From NCBI GenBank assembly GCA_014874265.1, contig JACWAM010000069.1, positions 1 to 61,544 on the forward strand: a DNA stretch of 61,544 bases. The letters run 5' to 3'. A program made the position numbers and the translations under genes. The stretch comes from Thermoleophilia bacterium (GTDB taxonomy: Bacteria; Actinomycetota; Thermoleophilia; BMS3ABIN01). Of the stretch, positions 18,292 through 28,306 are shown piece after piece. The notes under the pieces are model-generated. The model was not told where the DNA came from. It saw nothing but the letters and a program-made list of their open reading frames with translations, and did not search any database. Numbering within the stretch: the first letter of the stretch is position 1; every line of letters starts with the position of its first letter.

Positions 18292-18735
18292 CCGAATGTG
18301 ACTCAGGAATGCATTGTTTTGTAAATCCTTTTTTCAGTTTTCCCGGTTGGCGGGCAGGCTTTCCGATCCGGAAACCGGAAACCGCAAATCAACCAAGTTG
18401 CCGGGCGGGCCAGGTTGCCCTATTCTACCGGCATGGAAACGGGCGGATGAAAACAGTAAGTTAAACGCTTGTTATAGCATTCGAGAGTCCCAAGTGAGGT
18501 TTGCTGACGGTCCGATAAAATAGCTATTCCGGCAATCTGCAGGAAAGAGTTTCAGCCCATCTCTTTTTCTTGGGACTCAATATAATTATATCGCCGATCA
18601 AGGGAATCATAAACATCATTAAATCTTACTGCTCCTGGCTGGAAAAAACATGACGTTTCCGCTTCCGGAGGAAGCCCCGGCCTTGCGGAGAACAAATCGT
18701 GGATCAAATTCGGGCGTCAAAGGAGAAAGTCCTAC

Positions 18736-20328
18736 TTGTCTCTAAATCCGGTAACGGGAGCTGAGGCCGCGCCGGTGGGCCGGCGGTTGGCCGCAGCCGC
18801 CATGATTGTCATCGCCGCAACCGCCGCTTCGCGCGGCTTTGGTTATGTTCGCGAGATCGCCGCCGCTGCTTACTTTGGAGTGGGAAGGGAAAAAAGCGCC
18901 TTCGATGTTGCCTTTCTGGTTCCAAATACGATCCAGATCCTGGTGTCGCAAGCGGCGCTCAGCGCGGCCCTGATCCCGGTCTTTGCCGGGCTGCTCGAGA
19001 CGGGCAAGCGCGAGGAGGCCTGGCTGGTGGCGCGCACCGTCCTGACGCTGATGATTCTGGTCCTGGGCGCGCTTGTCGTTCTGGTGATAGCCTTTGCTCC
19101 GGAGATCATGATTATATTCGCCCCTGGCTATCGCCACGATCCGGCCATGATGAGCAGCATTGTGCACATGTCCAGACTCCTGTTTCCGACCGTTGTCATC
19201 CTGGCCGTCACTGGAGTGGTTATTTCCGTTCTTAACTCATTTGATCATTTTACCTTGCCGGCGGTGGCGCCGATTGCCTGGAATCTGGTAATCGTGCTGG
19301 CAATAGTGCTCGCGGCCAGCCGTTACGGCATCGACGCGATGGCCTGGGGGGTGCTGGTGGGCACCATGGTGCAGCTGGTCATTCAGCTCCCGGGGCTAAA
19401 GGGACGGAACGGGCGGCTGGGCTGGAGCCTGGCCTGGCGTAATCCGCACGTGCGTAAAGTTGGAGCTTTAATGCTGCCTGTCAGTCTGAGCATCGGCTTG
19501 ATTAATTTCAATCAGATAGTTGACGTTCAGTTTGCTTCCTTTCTGGGCAATGGAGGGGTGGCGGCAATGAATTACGCCTTCAGGCTTTACCAGTTGCCTG
19601 AATCCCTTTTCGCGATCGCGGTGGGAACGGTGTTGTTTCCGACGCTATCCCGGCTGGCGGCCCGAAACCGGCGGGATGACTTCCGCTCGACGCTGGCTCT
19701 GGGTTTGCGGATGATTTTTTTCGTGCTGATACCGGCCAGCGCGTTTCTACTCATCATGGCCGAGCCACTCGTGCGGCTGGCGTACCAGCACGGCGCTTTT
19801 GGCGGTCACGACACTTCCGTGGTGGCGTCGGCGCTGTTCTTTTTTGCGCTTGGAAGCGCCTTTAGCGGCGGCAGCACCCTGCTTACCCGCGGGTTTTTCT
19901 CGCTCAGCCGTCCCTGGATTCCCACAATTCTGGCAGCTGCCAACCTGGGAATTAACGCTTTGCTGGACTGGCTTTTTATCAAACCGTTTGGTCTGGGCGG
20001 CATTCCCCTTTCCACGTCGGTGGTGTCCGCCCTGACGTTTTTCGTGCTCTTGTTTCTCATGCGGCGGGAGCTGACGCGGATCAGCGGCTCAGAGCTGCTC
20101 GGCTCGGCCATGAGAGTGACCGTGCTTTCGATGGTGGCGATCGGCATTGGCTACCTGATCTGGCTTGGAGTTGAATATCAGATAGGGCGGGCTGTGGCGG
20201 CGCAGATCCTGTCTATCACCGCGTCGCTCGCGGCAACCTCCGCTCTATTTATGGGTCTGGCCTGGATTCTGAAGATGCCGGAGCTGAAGCTGTTAGCCAC
20301 TCTGAGAAGAAGAGAGAAGAGAGTGTGA
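18736..20328 (+). CDS. murJ: Lipid II flippase MurJ (MviN)
   Basis: SRGFGYVRE, AFDVAFLVPN, MNYAFRLYQLP, FPTLSR motifs. Confidence 0.95.
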   Translation: MSLNPVTGAEAAPVGRRLAAAAMIVIAATAASRGFGYVREIAAAAYFGVGREKSAFDVAFLVPNTIQILVSQAALSAALIPVFAGLLETGKREEAWLVARTVLTLMILVLGALVVLVIAFAPEIMIIFAPGYRHDPAMMSSIVHMSRLLFPTVVILAVTGVVISVLNSFDHFTLPAVAPIAWNLVIVLAIVLAASRYGIDAMAWGVLVGTMVQLVIQLPGLKGRNGRLGWSLAWRNPHVRKVGALMLPVSLSIGLINFNQIVDVQFASFLGNGGVAAMNYAFRLYQLPESLFAIAVGTVLFPTLSRLAARNRRDDFRSTLALGLRMIFFVLIPASAFLLIMAEPLVRLAYQHGAFGGHDTSVVASALFFFALGSAFSGGSTLLTRGFFSLSRPWIPTILAAANLGINALLDWLFIKPFGLGGIPLSTSVVSALTFFVLLFLMRRELTRISGSELLGSAMRVTVLSMVAIGIGYLIWLGVEYQIGRAVAAQILSITASLAATSALFMGLAWILKMPELKLLATLRRREKRV

Positions 20329-20592
20329 CCGCGAGGACTGGCGATGGCGAAGGAAGATAGGACACAAATTAATTACATAACAACCAAGGCCCCCGCGGGT
20401 ACCCCAAATTTAATGTTATCAGATTTGACAACGCCGCGCCATACAACTTTGGTTTGATTTTTCGTCGACAAAAGCATTTTTTAAAAGGAGAGCTTGCCGT
20501 TCGGCAAATCCATATCTGCTAATCTATTCCTGATTTAAGCGGCTGATGACATGACGCGGCCGCCTTTTAACACAGGGAGAAGCACTTTTTTC

Positions 20593-22398
20593 ATGTCCGA
20601 CCAGTCTCTGATCCGAAACTTTTCCATTATCGCTCATATCGATCACGGCAAGTCGACGCTGGCCGACCGTATCCTCGAAATCACCAATACAGTCAGCGGC
20701 CGGGATATCACCGATCAGATGCTGGACATGATGGACCTGGAGCGGGAGCGCGGCATCACCATCAAGGCGCAGGCTGCGCGCGTGCTCTATAACGCCGCCG
20801 ACGGGCGCACATACATGCTGCACCTGATTGACACTCCCGGCCACGTGGATTTTTCCTACGAGGTTTCCCGCAGCCTGGCCGCCTGCGAAGGCGCGCTGCT
20901 GGTGGTTGATGCCGCCCAGGGCATTCAGGCGCAGACGCTGGCGAACACGTATCTGGCGATAGACAACAATCTAGAAATTATCCCCGTGCTCAACAAGATC
21001 GACCTTCCGGCGGCCGACCCCGAGCGTGTAGCCGGCGACATCTCCGAGCTGTTTGGCGTGGACCCTGATGATGTCCTGCGCGTGTCGGCCAAGACGGGGG
21101 AAGGCGTCGGTGCGGTGCTGGAGGCGATTGTAAACCGGATTCCACCGCCGGCCGGCGAATCTGACGCACCGCCGCGGGCGCTCATTTTCGACTCTGTTTA
21201 TGATCAGTACCGTGGCGTCATCGCCTTCGTGCGCGTGGTCGACGGAGTCTTTTACAAAGGGGATGAGATCGTCGCCATGGAGCTGGGCACGCGGGCCGAT
21301 GTCGAGGAGGTCGGCTTCTTCTCGCCCAACATGATGCCGGCGCCGTCGCTGGCCGCCGGCGAGGTTGGCTATATCATCACCGGCATCAAGACCGTGCGGG
21401 ACCTGCGTGTAGGCGACACGCTCTCGAGCGCCGGGAGCCGCGCACAGGCGCCGTTGCCCGGCTACCGCGAGGCCAAGCCGATGGTTTTCTGCGGCCTCTT
21501 TCCCATCGATGGCGACGACTACCCGGCGCTGCGTGACGCGCTGGAAAAGCTAAAACTCAACGACGCCGCGTTCAGCTATGAGCCCGAGACCTCGCAGGCG
21601 CTTGGCTTTGGCTTCCGCTGCGGCTTTCTCGGCCTGCTTCACATGGACATCGTCCGCGAGCGCCTGGAGCGTGAGTATGACCTGGACTTGCTGGCAACAA
21701 CACCAAACGTCGAATATAATCTCCAGCTCTCCGACGGCAGCGAGATCGTTGTCCGCAGTCCCGCGGAGATGCCGGATCCGGTCCGGATCGCGCTTGTGCG
21801 CGAGCCATTCGTGAAGGCTGCGGTCCTGGTCCCCGGTGACTTTGTCGGACCGGTGATGGAGCTTTGTCAGGAGCGCCGCGGCGATTTCGAGGACATGCAG
21901 TATCTGTCGTCCAACCGGGTGCAGATTCGTTACCGGCTGCCGCTGGCGGAAATTGTGCTGGATTTCTTCGATCAACTCAAATCGCGCACCAAGGGCTATG
22001 CCTCGCTGGATTATGAAATGGATGGTTACCGGGAAAGCGACTTGGTCAAACTCGACATCATCATTGCCGGCGAGGTGGTGGATGCATTGTCACTTATAGT
22101 TCATCGGGACAAAGCTTTTGCCCAGGGGAAAGCGCTGGCCGAGCGGCTGAAGGCCGAGATCCCCCGGCAGTTGTTTGAGGTGGCTATCCAGGCCGCCATC
22201 GGCAAGAAGATCATCGCCCGGGAGACGATCCCGGCCAAGCGCAAGGACGTGCTGGCCAAGTGTTATGGCGGCGACATCTCTCGCAAGCGCAAGCTGCTAG
22301 AGAAGCAGAAAGCGGGGAAGAAAAGAATGAAGCAGGTAGGAAACGTGGAAATTCCTCAGCGCGCTTTCCTGGCGGTGCTGGATTTAGAAAAGAAATAG
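20593..22398 (+). CDS. lepA: Elongation factor 4
   Basis: [46 protein letters not shown]. Confidence 0.98.
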   Translation: MSDQSLIRNFSIIAHIDHGKSTLADRILEITNTVSGRDITDQMLDMMDLERERGITIKAQAARVLYNAADGRTYMLHLIDTPGHVDFSYEVSRSLAACEGALLVVDAAQGIQAQTLANTYLAIDNNLEIIPVLNKIDLPAADPERVAGDISELFGVDPDDVLRVSAKTGEGVGAVLEAIVNRIPPPAGESDAPPRALIFDSVYDQYRGVIAFVRVVDGVFYKGDEIVAMELGTRADVEEVGFFSPNMMPAPSLAAGEVGYIITGIKTVRDLRVGDTLSSAGSRAQAPLPGYREAKPMVFCGLFPIDGDDYPALRDALEKLKLNDAAFSYEPETSQALGFGFRCGFLGLLHMDIVRERLEREYDLDLLATTPNVEYNLQLSDGSEIVVRSPAEMPDPVRIALVREPFVKAAVLVPGDFVGPVMELCQERRGDFEDMQYLSSNRVQIRYRLPLAEIVLDFFDQLKSRTKGYASLDYEMDGYRESDLVKLDIIIAGEVVDALSLIVHRDKAFAQGKALAERLKAEIPRQLFEVAIQAAIGKKIIARETIPAKRKDVLAKCYGGDISRKRKLLEKQKAGKKRMKQVGNVEIPQRAFLAVLDLEKK

Positions 22399-22514
22399 TT
22401 CAAAGTTCAAAGTTTCCTGCATCAGTGAACCTCATGACTCCAAACGGGGCGCGTGAACACTGCCTGATACCATTTTCTTAACTGACAGGGATGATCGTTC
22501 AGTTCTTAAGGCAT

Positions 22515-22592
22515 TATCATCCCGAAGCGCCGCAGGCGATAAAGGATCTGTTTCTCCCAAGATCAAGATTCTTTGCTTCGCCTGAACTGATA
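22515..22592. repeat. Degenerate TGTCAT...ATGACA palindromic REP-like element, copy 2
   Basis: TATCATCCCGAAGCG...AAGGATCT left arm and AGATTCTTTGCTTCGCCTGAACTGATA right arm. Confidence 0.55.
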
Positions 22593-22680
22593 TTTGGGAT
22601 GCGTATTAGCAATCAGCGATCAGTTTTTCAACATTTGGTTGCAAGGTTTTCCAGTTTTGAACTTGTAACTTGGCTTAGGC

Positions 22681-22717
22681 AAAGAAAAAGCCCCTGTCTA
22701 GCCGGCACAGGGGCTTT
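22681..22717 (-). terminator. Intrinsic terminator
   Basis: AAAGCCCCTGT-GCCGGCTAG-ACAGGGGCTTT (11-bp perfect stem) followed by TTCTTT on the minus strand. Confidence 0.85.
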
Positions 22718-22762
22718 CCACTAGGGGGGTGGGGGGTTGAAAGGTTTGGGCACCTTTCTTCC
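22681..22762 (-). ncRNA. Candidate ~80-nt C-rich small RNA
   Basis: Lies between a promoter (22770-22799) and a strong terminator. 5' hairpin GAAAGGU/ACCUUUC, then CCCCCCACCCCCC. 5' end estimated from promoter spacing. Confidence 0.6.
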
Positions 22763-22769
22763 AAGGAGA

Positions 22770-22815
22770 AAGATACCATACCCCCTTAGGTATCGTCAAT
22801 ACCCTACCGTTATTA
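22770..22815 (-). promoter_or_regulatory. sigma70 promoter with CsoR/RcnR-like operator(s)
   Basis: TTGACG (22799-22794), 18 nt, TG-G-TATCTT (22775-22770). The spacer holds ATACC-TAAGGG-GGTAT with a G5 tract; a weaker AATACCCTACCGTTATT site abuts the -35. Confidence 0.65.
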
Positions 22816-22844
22816 AATATCCTGATGGAAAAATTTTGGATAAC

Positions 22845-22853
22845 TGATATAAT
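22845..22853 (+). promoter_or_regulatory. Extended -10 promoter for the GGDEF gene
   Basis: Perfect TG-A-TATAAT. Confidence 0.55.
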
Positions 22854-22975
22854 CAAATTTATCGCCTTAATGCAGGCAAAAAGCCGCTTTTCCCATTGCC
22901 AGGCGGGTTCGAAAACGTCCGCTGGGGCGCGGACTGACAAGCGTGAAAATTGATTATTTCCCAGGGGAACGAGGA

Positions 22976-25078
22976 ATGAACATTGGTTTTGGCAAATCCC
23001 GCCTGATCGGTTACTCGATCATGGGCGCCATCATCGGCGCAGCTATCTTCATAATCCACGACTCGCTGGAGATTTTCTATCCCGAGTCGCACAACTGGAT
23101 TCTTGTCGTATTGATCCCGTTGACTGCCGCCGGGATGGCGTTGATCGCCAGGAACGAAAATGCAGTCTACGAATGGGGCAGCCGCCTTGAAGCGGCGCGC
23201 AAGCGGATAAATGAGTTGATGCTATCCGCGGTCGCCGAAAGGCACTGGGTACAGAGTATTCACGATCCTGCTCTGGTTACATGCTGGCGGGAACTTGAAT
23301 GTGACAAGGAGGATTGCCCCGTTTATGGCAGGGAACACGCCCGCTGCTGGCTGATCGTGGGCACTTATTGCCACGGTGAGGTCCAGGGAAAATTTGCCCG
23401 CAAGATCCATGATTGCCAGCTCTGCCCGGTTTACCGGAATGCGACAGAAGATCCGGTCAGGGAGATTTCCGAAAACTTTATGGCGATGAATTACTTGCTC
23501 AGCGAGCGCGAGGAGCAACTGGAGAGCGCCTACAATGAAGCCCGGGACCGCAGCCAGAAGCTGGCGGGGTTGGTGGCGCTTTCCGAAGCCGCGCTTTCAT
23601 CGGTTCATCTTTCCGAAGTCATGCAAAACCTGCTGGAATCAGCGGCCCAGGTTGTAGGCGCCGATATGGGATTCGTCTCTCTGGCCGGCTCGGCCGGCGA
23701 CGCCCTGGGCACGGCCGCCACATACGGGCTGGCCTCGGGAAGCGCAGCTGAGCTGACGGTCAAGGTGGGTGAAGGCATCGTCGGTCGAGCCTTCGCGGGC
23801 GCTTACATTGCCATCTCCGAAGACCTTACGGTTGACAGCAGGTTTGTGGCGCCTTTTCTAAAGAATGCCAACGTCCACACTCTGATCAGCCTGCCTCTGA
23901 TCGGCAAGCAGCAGCCGCTGGGGATGCTAACCCTCGGCACCTTCTCGCCGCATCATTACTCGGAGGAAGAGAGAGATTCCTTGTGCGTAGCAGCAGACCG
24001 GATCGCGGCGGCAATAGAAAATGTAAAGCTGAATACCGAACTCAGCCGTGACCGGGGTCAGATCGAGCTGATGGAGGTCGTCACCAGGGATCTGGTATCG
24101 CAGGATCATGTCGGCGGCATCTATGATTCATTCATCCAGCATGCGGCGGCGATATTGGATTTTGACCGCGCCAGCCTGGTTCGCTGGCACCCGGAAGCCG
24201 GCGAGATTGAGATTCTGGCGGTCAGCACCAAGGCTCCCAAAACCTGGCTGGCCAAGGGGCTGCGCCTGCCTCTGGGCGCAGCGGCGGTGGGAGATGTGAT
24301 TGAAAGCGGGGTTTCGCTGGTGCGCGATGAAATTACCGGCGATGAATACCAGATTGACAAGTTGCTATTGGAGGAAGGCATTAAATCATGCGTGATCCTG
24401 CCGCTCAGGGTGAAAGGGGCCGTGCTCGGCGCAGTGATGCTGGACAGCTTCCGCGCGCATGCGTTCAGCACCGATGACCTCGAGCTGCTCGAGCCGCTGG
24501 CCCGCCAGCTGGGACTGGTGCTCGATAACGCCCGCCTGCTGGAAGAGGCGAAGCGGTTGTCGCTTGTTGATAGCACGACAGGTTTGTATAACCATCGTTA
24601 CTTCTTTGATGTGGCGTCGCGGGAGATGTCCAGGAGCGTCCGGCATGGACGTCCGGTCGCGGTGATGCTGATCGGCATCGATGGCTTCCAGGAGTTTATC
24701 CGCTCGCGTGGGCGCATCCAGGGAGACCGGCTGCAACAGGATATCGCCGGCAGCCTGAAGGCAAACGTGAGGGGCGCGGATGTGACCGCCCGTTATGGTG
24801 GCGACGAATTTGCCGTGCTGCTGCCGTATCTTGGTGCAGAAAGCGTCGGCAGCATCGACCTGACCTCAGTCGCGAGCCGGATTCGCCGGGCGATCACCGG
24901 CGTTTTAAAGCGGGATGACGGCCAACCGCCGGTTGGCTTGAGCATCGGCGCCGCCGGGTATCCTGATCAAGCCAGCGACACCGCGGGCCTGCTGGAGCGG
25001 GCCGATTGGGCGCTAAGGGAAGCAAGGGCGGGCCATGGGGACTTTGTGCTGGCGGCAAAGCCTTACTGGGACGGCTAG
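22976..25078 (+). CDS. Membrane sensor: 2 TM, two-CW Cys-rich domain, 2 GAF domains, degenerate GGDEF (alternative GTG start at 22943)
   Basis: CWRELEC..CPVY..CWLIVGTYCHG..CQLCPVY; two GAF-like segments; LVDSTTGLYNHRYF and RYGGDEF. Confidence 0.88.
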   Translation: MNIGFGKSRLIGYSIMGAIIGAAIFIIHDSLEIFYPESHNWILVVLIPLTAAGMALIARNENAVYEWGSRLEAARKRINELMLSAVAERHWVQSIHDPALVTCWRELECDKEDCPVYGREHARCWLIVGTYCHGEVQGKFARKIHDCQLCPVYRNATEDPVREISENFMAMNYLLSEREEQLESAYNEARDRSQKLAGLVALSEAALSSVHLSEVMQNLLESAAQVVGADMGFVSLAGSAGDALGTAATYGLASGSAAELTVKVGEGIVGRAFAGAYIAISEDLTVDSRFVAPFLKNANVHTLISLPLIGKQQPLGMLTLGTFSPHHYSEEERDSLCVAADRIAAAIENVKLNTELSRDRGQIELMEVVTRDLVSQDHVGGIYDSFIQHAAAILDFDRASLVRWHPEAGEIEILAVSTKAPKTWLAKGLRLPLGAAAVGDVIESGVSLVRDEITGDEYQIDKLLLEEGIKSCVILPLRVKGAVLGAVMLDSFRAHAFSTDDLELLEPLARQLGLVLDNARLLEEAKRLSLVDSTTGLYNHRYFFDVASREMSRSVRHGRPVAVMLIGIDGFQEFIRSRGRIQGDRLQQDIAGSLKANVRGADVTARYGGDEFAVLLPYLGAESVGSIDLTSVASRIRRAITGVLKRDDGQPPVGLSIGAAGYPDQASDTAGLLERADWALREARAGHGDFVLAAKPYWDG

Positions 25079-25119
25079 CAAACTGGAAACTGGGAGCCAG
25101 AAACTTGTTTGGGGGGAAT

Positions 25120-25842
25120 GTGCCAGAAATCCGGATCGGCACCTCGGGATGGAATTACCGCCACTGGCGGGAGCTGTTTTATCCAAAAGGGCTTAAGCAA
25201 TCCGACTGGTTGAGCTTCTATGCCGGCAGTTTCAATACTGTTGAGGTGAACGCCACCTTTTACCGTCTGCCCCAGCCTGACTACGTTCGGCGCTGGCGAG
25301 ACTCGGTCCCACCTGATTTCCTTTTTTCCGTCAAGGGGAGCCGGTACCTGACCCACGTCAAGAGGCTGGGGGAGACAGAGGAGCCGGTGGACCGTTTTTT
25401 TGACCTGATCGCAATTTTGCAGGCTGAGGCGGGTCCCGTTCTCTGGCAGTTGCCACCTAACTTCAAGCGCAATGATGACCGCCTGGCGGCTTTCGCCGGC
25501 GCCCTGCCGGGCGGCTGGCGCCACGCCTTTGAATTTCGCCATCCATCTTGGTTTGTCCAGGAGGTTTACGACATTCTCGAACGGGCGCAGGCGGCCCTGT
25601 GCATTCCGGACCATCCCGACCTGCCGTCGGCGTCCGTCCTCACTGCCGGCTGGACCTATATCCGTTTCCATTTCGGTGGCTCAGATGGACGTTATTCCCG
25701 CACGGAGCTAAAGGAATGGGCCCGCCGGATCAGAGATTTTGCCGCCGGCGGCGCCGTCGTATACGCGTATTTTAATAATGATTGGAAGGGGTATGCTATT
25801 GACAATGCCCGTCAGCTTAACGAGTTGCTGGAATTAAAATAA
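25120..25842 (+). CDS. DUF72 family protein
   Basis: RIGTSGWNY..W, FNTVEVNATFYRLP, LWQLPP, AFEFRHPSW, YAYFNND. Confidence 0.92.
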   Translation: MPEIRIGTSGWNYRHWRELFYPKGLKQSDWLSFYAGSFNTVEVNATFYRLPQPDYVRRWRDSVPPDFLFSVKGSRYLTHVKRLGETEEPVDRFFDLIAILQAEAGPVLWQLPPNFKRNDDRLAAFAGALPGGWRHAFEFRHPSWFVQEVYDILERAQAALCIPDHPDLPSASVLTAGWTYIRFHFGGSDGRYSRTELKEWARRIRDFAAGGAVVYAYFNNDWKGYAIDNARQLNELLELK

Positions 25843-25957
25843 TACCGGTCAGCTCGGATTAACACGCCGAATGGGGTAAAATCGGGAATGCTTTTGCTGC
25901 ATAAGTCGAAAGGCCCGTCCAGCAGGTGTCTGCTGGCACAGGCTCAGAGCCGGTGTT

Positions 25958-26569
25958 ATGAAAATATTTATCGGAATAACGGGGGCCTCCGGCTCCATCT
26001 ACGGCGGGCGCCTGGTGCGCGCCCTGGTAGCCGCCGGGCACGAAACTACTGTCTGTTTTTCCGCCGGCGCCGTTGAGGTCATCCGGCAGGAAGAATATGA
26101 CGCCGGCCTGGAGCTTCTTGGCGCCGGAAGCGAAAAGGTTCTGGAGGCGTTTTTCTCCCGGCATGACATTTCACCCCAGGCTGTCGAGGTAGCGCTTCCG
26201 GATAATATTGGACACGCTTATTCCAGCGGCACGGCGCTTATGGACGGCGCCGCGGTCTGCCCCTGCTCCATGTCAACGGCCGCATCGATCGCGGCAGGGA
26301 TCACCGGCGACCTGATCCACCGGGTTGCGGGTGTGGCCCTGAAAGAGGCGCGGCCGCTGGTTGTGGTCCCGCGGGAGGCCCCCTTAAGCGAGATACACCT
26401 TCAGAACCTGCTCCGGATCAGACAGGCCGGCGGCCATGTTTTGCCGGCGGCGCCGGCTTTTTATCATAATCCGCAGTCGATCGAAGACCTGGTGGATTTT
26501 ATTGCCGGGAAGGTCCTGGACCTACTGGGAGCAGATCATCAGCTGTTTAAGCGGTGGGAGGGAATTTGA
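25958..26569 (+). CDS. ubiX: Flavin prenyltransferase UbiX
   Basis: GITGASGSIYG, CPCSMST, RVAGVALKEARPLVVVPREAP, PAAPAFYH. Confidence 0.93.
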   Translation: MKIFIGITGASGSIYGGRLVRALVAAGHETTVCFSAGAVEVIRQEEYDAGLELLGAGSEKVLEAFFSRHDISPQAVEVALPDNIGHAYSSGTALMDGAAVCPCSMSTAASIAAGITGDLIHRVAGVALKEARPLVVVPREAPLSEIHLQNLLRIRQAGGHVLPAAPAFYHNPQSIEDLVDFIAGKVLDLLGADHQLFKRWEGI

Positions 26570-27294
26570 AAGCCTCTTCCGGATTCCCGTCCTCATCCTT
26601 TCCCGAGCCCGCTCGCGTGCGGGCGATGTTTGGCGATATCGCCGGACGCTACGATCTGATAAACACCGTCATGACCGCGGGCATGCATCACCGCTGGCGG
26701 CGGCTGGGCGTCGAAGTATCGGCGCTTAAAGCCGGCGGCTCTGCCTTGGATGTGTGCTCGGGCACCGGCGATTTTGCCTTTGCCCTGGCCCGCGCCGCCG
26801 GTCCTCTTGGTTCCGTGACCGCAGTGGATTTTAGCCGCCGCATGCTTGCCGAGGCGCGGCGAAAGGCCGGGCGAGCCGGCCTGAACGTTGATTTTCACTG
26901 GGGAGACGCGACCAGCCTCGAGTTCGATGACGGCAGTTTTGACTCCTGCACGGTTGGTTTTGGCGTGCGCAACATTCCCGATCTGCATGCGGTGTTTTCC
27001 GAGATGAGGCGGGTGGTGCGACCGGGAGGGCGCGTAGTCTGCCTGGAGATAACCAGACCCACAAGAACGCCGTTTAGCCAGTTTTACGGGGTCTGGTTTG
27101 ACCGGGTGGTGCCCGCGGTCGGCCGGATGGTTTCCCGTAACGACACCGCTTATGGGTATCTCCCGGCGTCAGTGAGGCGGTTTCCGCCGGCCGATGCGCT
27201 GGCCGCGGTTATGAAAAACGCCGGCATCGACGACGTAACTTACAAACTTCTGGCCGGCAGTATCATTGCCCTGCACTGGGGCTCAGTGAGATAA
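26566..27294 (+). CDS. menG: Demethylmenaquinone methyltransferase
   Basis: MFGDIAGRYDLIN, LDVCSGTGD, GFGVRN, AYGYLPASV; TTGA overlap with ubiX. Confidence 0.9.
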   Translation: MKASSGFPSSSFPEPARVRAMFGDIAGRYDLINTVMTAGMHHRWRRLGVEVSALKAGGSALDVCSGTGDFAFALARAAGPLGSVTAVDFSRRMLAEARRKAGRAGLNVDFHWGDATSLEFDDGSFDSCTVGFGVRNIPDLHAVFSEMRRVVRPGGRVVCLEITRPTRTPFSQFYGVWFDRVVPAVGRMVSRNDTAYGYLPASVRRFPPADALAAVMKNAGIDDVTYKLLAGSIIALHWGSVR

Positions 27295-27305
27295 CGGAGC
27301 AAGCG

Positions 27306-28304
27306 ATGGCGCGACTTGAACAATCAGCGGTAACAAGCCCCATGGAACAGTTCAAGGAGCTGTATTGGGACCGCTTCCTGGAACCTGTGCGCAGCTGCGA
27401 GTCAAGACTGAAGCAGATTGCCGGACGTCCCGAAGCTCCGCTGGGAGAGCCGTGCACGCTGACGCTGGCGGCTGGTGGCAAACGGCTGCGTCCGCTGCTT
27501 GTGTTTATGTCGTCCCGGACGGGCAGCAAGGCCGGGGAGAAGCAGGTGCTGGCCGCGGCCGCTGTCGAACTGGTCCATATGGCTACCCTCGTGCACGACG
27601 ACGTGCTGGACGGCGCCAGTTTAAGGCGCGGGCAGCCAACCCTGTTGGAAAGATACGGCAAACACGTCAGCGGGGCTGCGGGCGACTATCTCTTTTCTGC
27701 CGCTTTTAAGCTGCTGGCGCAGACCGGCTTCGCCGGCGCCGTTTCCGTTTTGAGCCAGGCTAGCCTGGACCTGAGCCGTGGTGAACTGGCGCAAATGTGT
27801 GAAGGGTTTGACTACGGTCTCCCGGCGGCGTCGTACTTTGAGCGTTGCCGGCTGAAGACCTCAGGGCTGTTTATCGCTGCCTGCCGCCTGGGAGGAATGT
27901 TGTCCGGATGTTCCCCAGAGGTTATCGAAGCCGTCGGGCGATTTGGAGAGTACCTGGGTCTGTCTTTCCAGCTTGCCGACGATATCCTTGATTTCGAAGG
28001 AAGTCCGGAGGAGACAGGGAAGGAAAAAGGGACGGACCTTCGAGACGGGACGGTAACGTTGCCGCTGATTCTGGCGCTAAAGCTTGACCCAGGTGTCAGG
28101 GCGATGCTGAAACGGGACCCTTCACCAGCCGAACTGGAAAAGATTCGCCGGAGGGTGCAGGCAAGCGGGGGCATCGAGGAGACGCGGCGTCAGGCGCTGA
28201 CGTTTGCTAGGCAGGCGGTTACCGCTCTCGAACCGGCGGCCGGGGAACTGGACACCGAACCTCTGGCCTTGATGGCAGAGGCATCAGTCTACAGGCGGGC
28301 TTAA
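27306..28304 (+). CDS. Polyprenyl (heptaprenyl-type) diphosphate synthase
   Basis: GGKRLRP, HDDVLD (FARM), DDILD (SARM), KTSGLF. Confidence 0.92.
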   Translation: MARLEQSAVTSPMEQFKELYWDRFLEPVRSCESRLKQIAGRPEAPLGEPCTLTLAAGGKRLRPLLVFMSSRTGSKAGEKQVLAAAAVELVHMATLVHDDVLDGASLRRGQPTLLERYGKHVSGAAGDYLFSAAFKLLAQTGFAGAVSVLSQASLDLSRGELAQMCEGFDYGLPAASYFERCRLKTSGLFIAACRLGGMLSGCSPEVIEAVGRFGEYLGLSFQLADDILDFEGSPEETGKEKGTDLRDGTVTLPLILALKLDPGVRAMLKRDPSPAELEKIRRRVQASGGIEETRRQALTFARQAVTALEPAAGELDTEPLALMAEASVYRRA

Positions 28305-28306
28305 GG

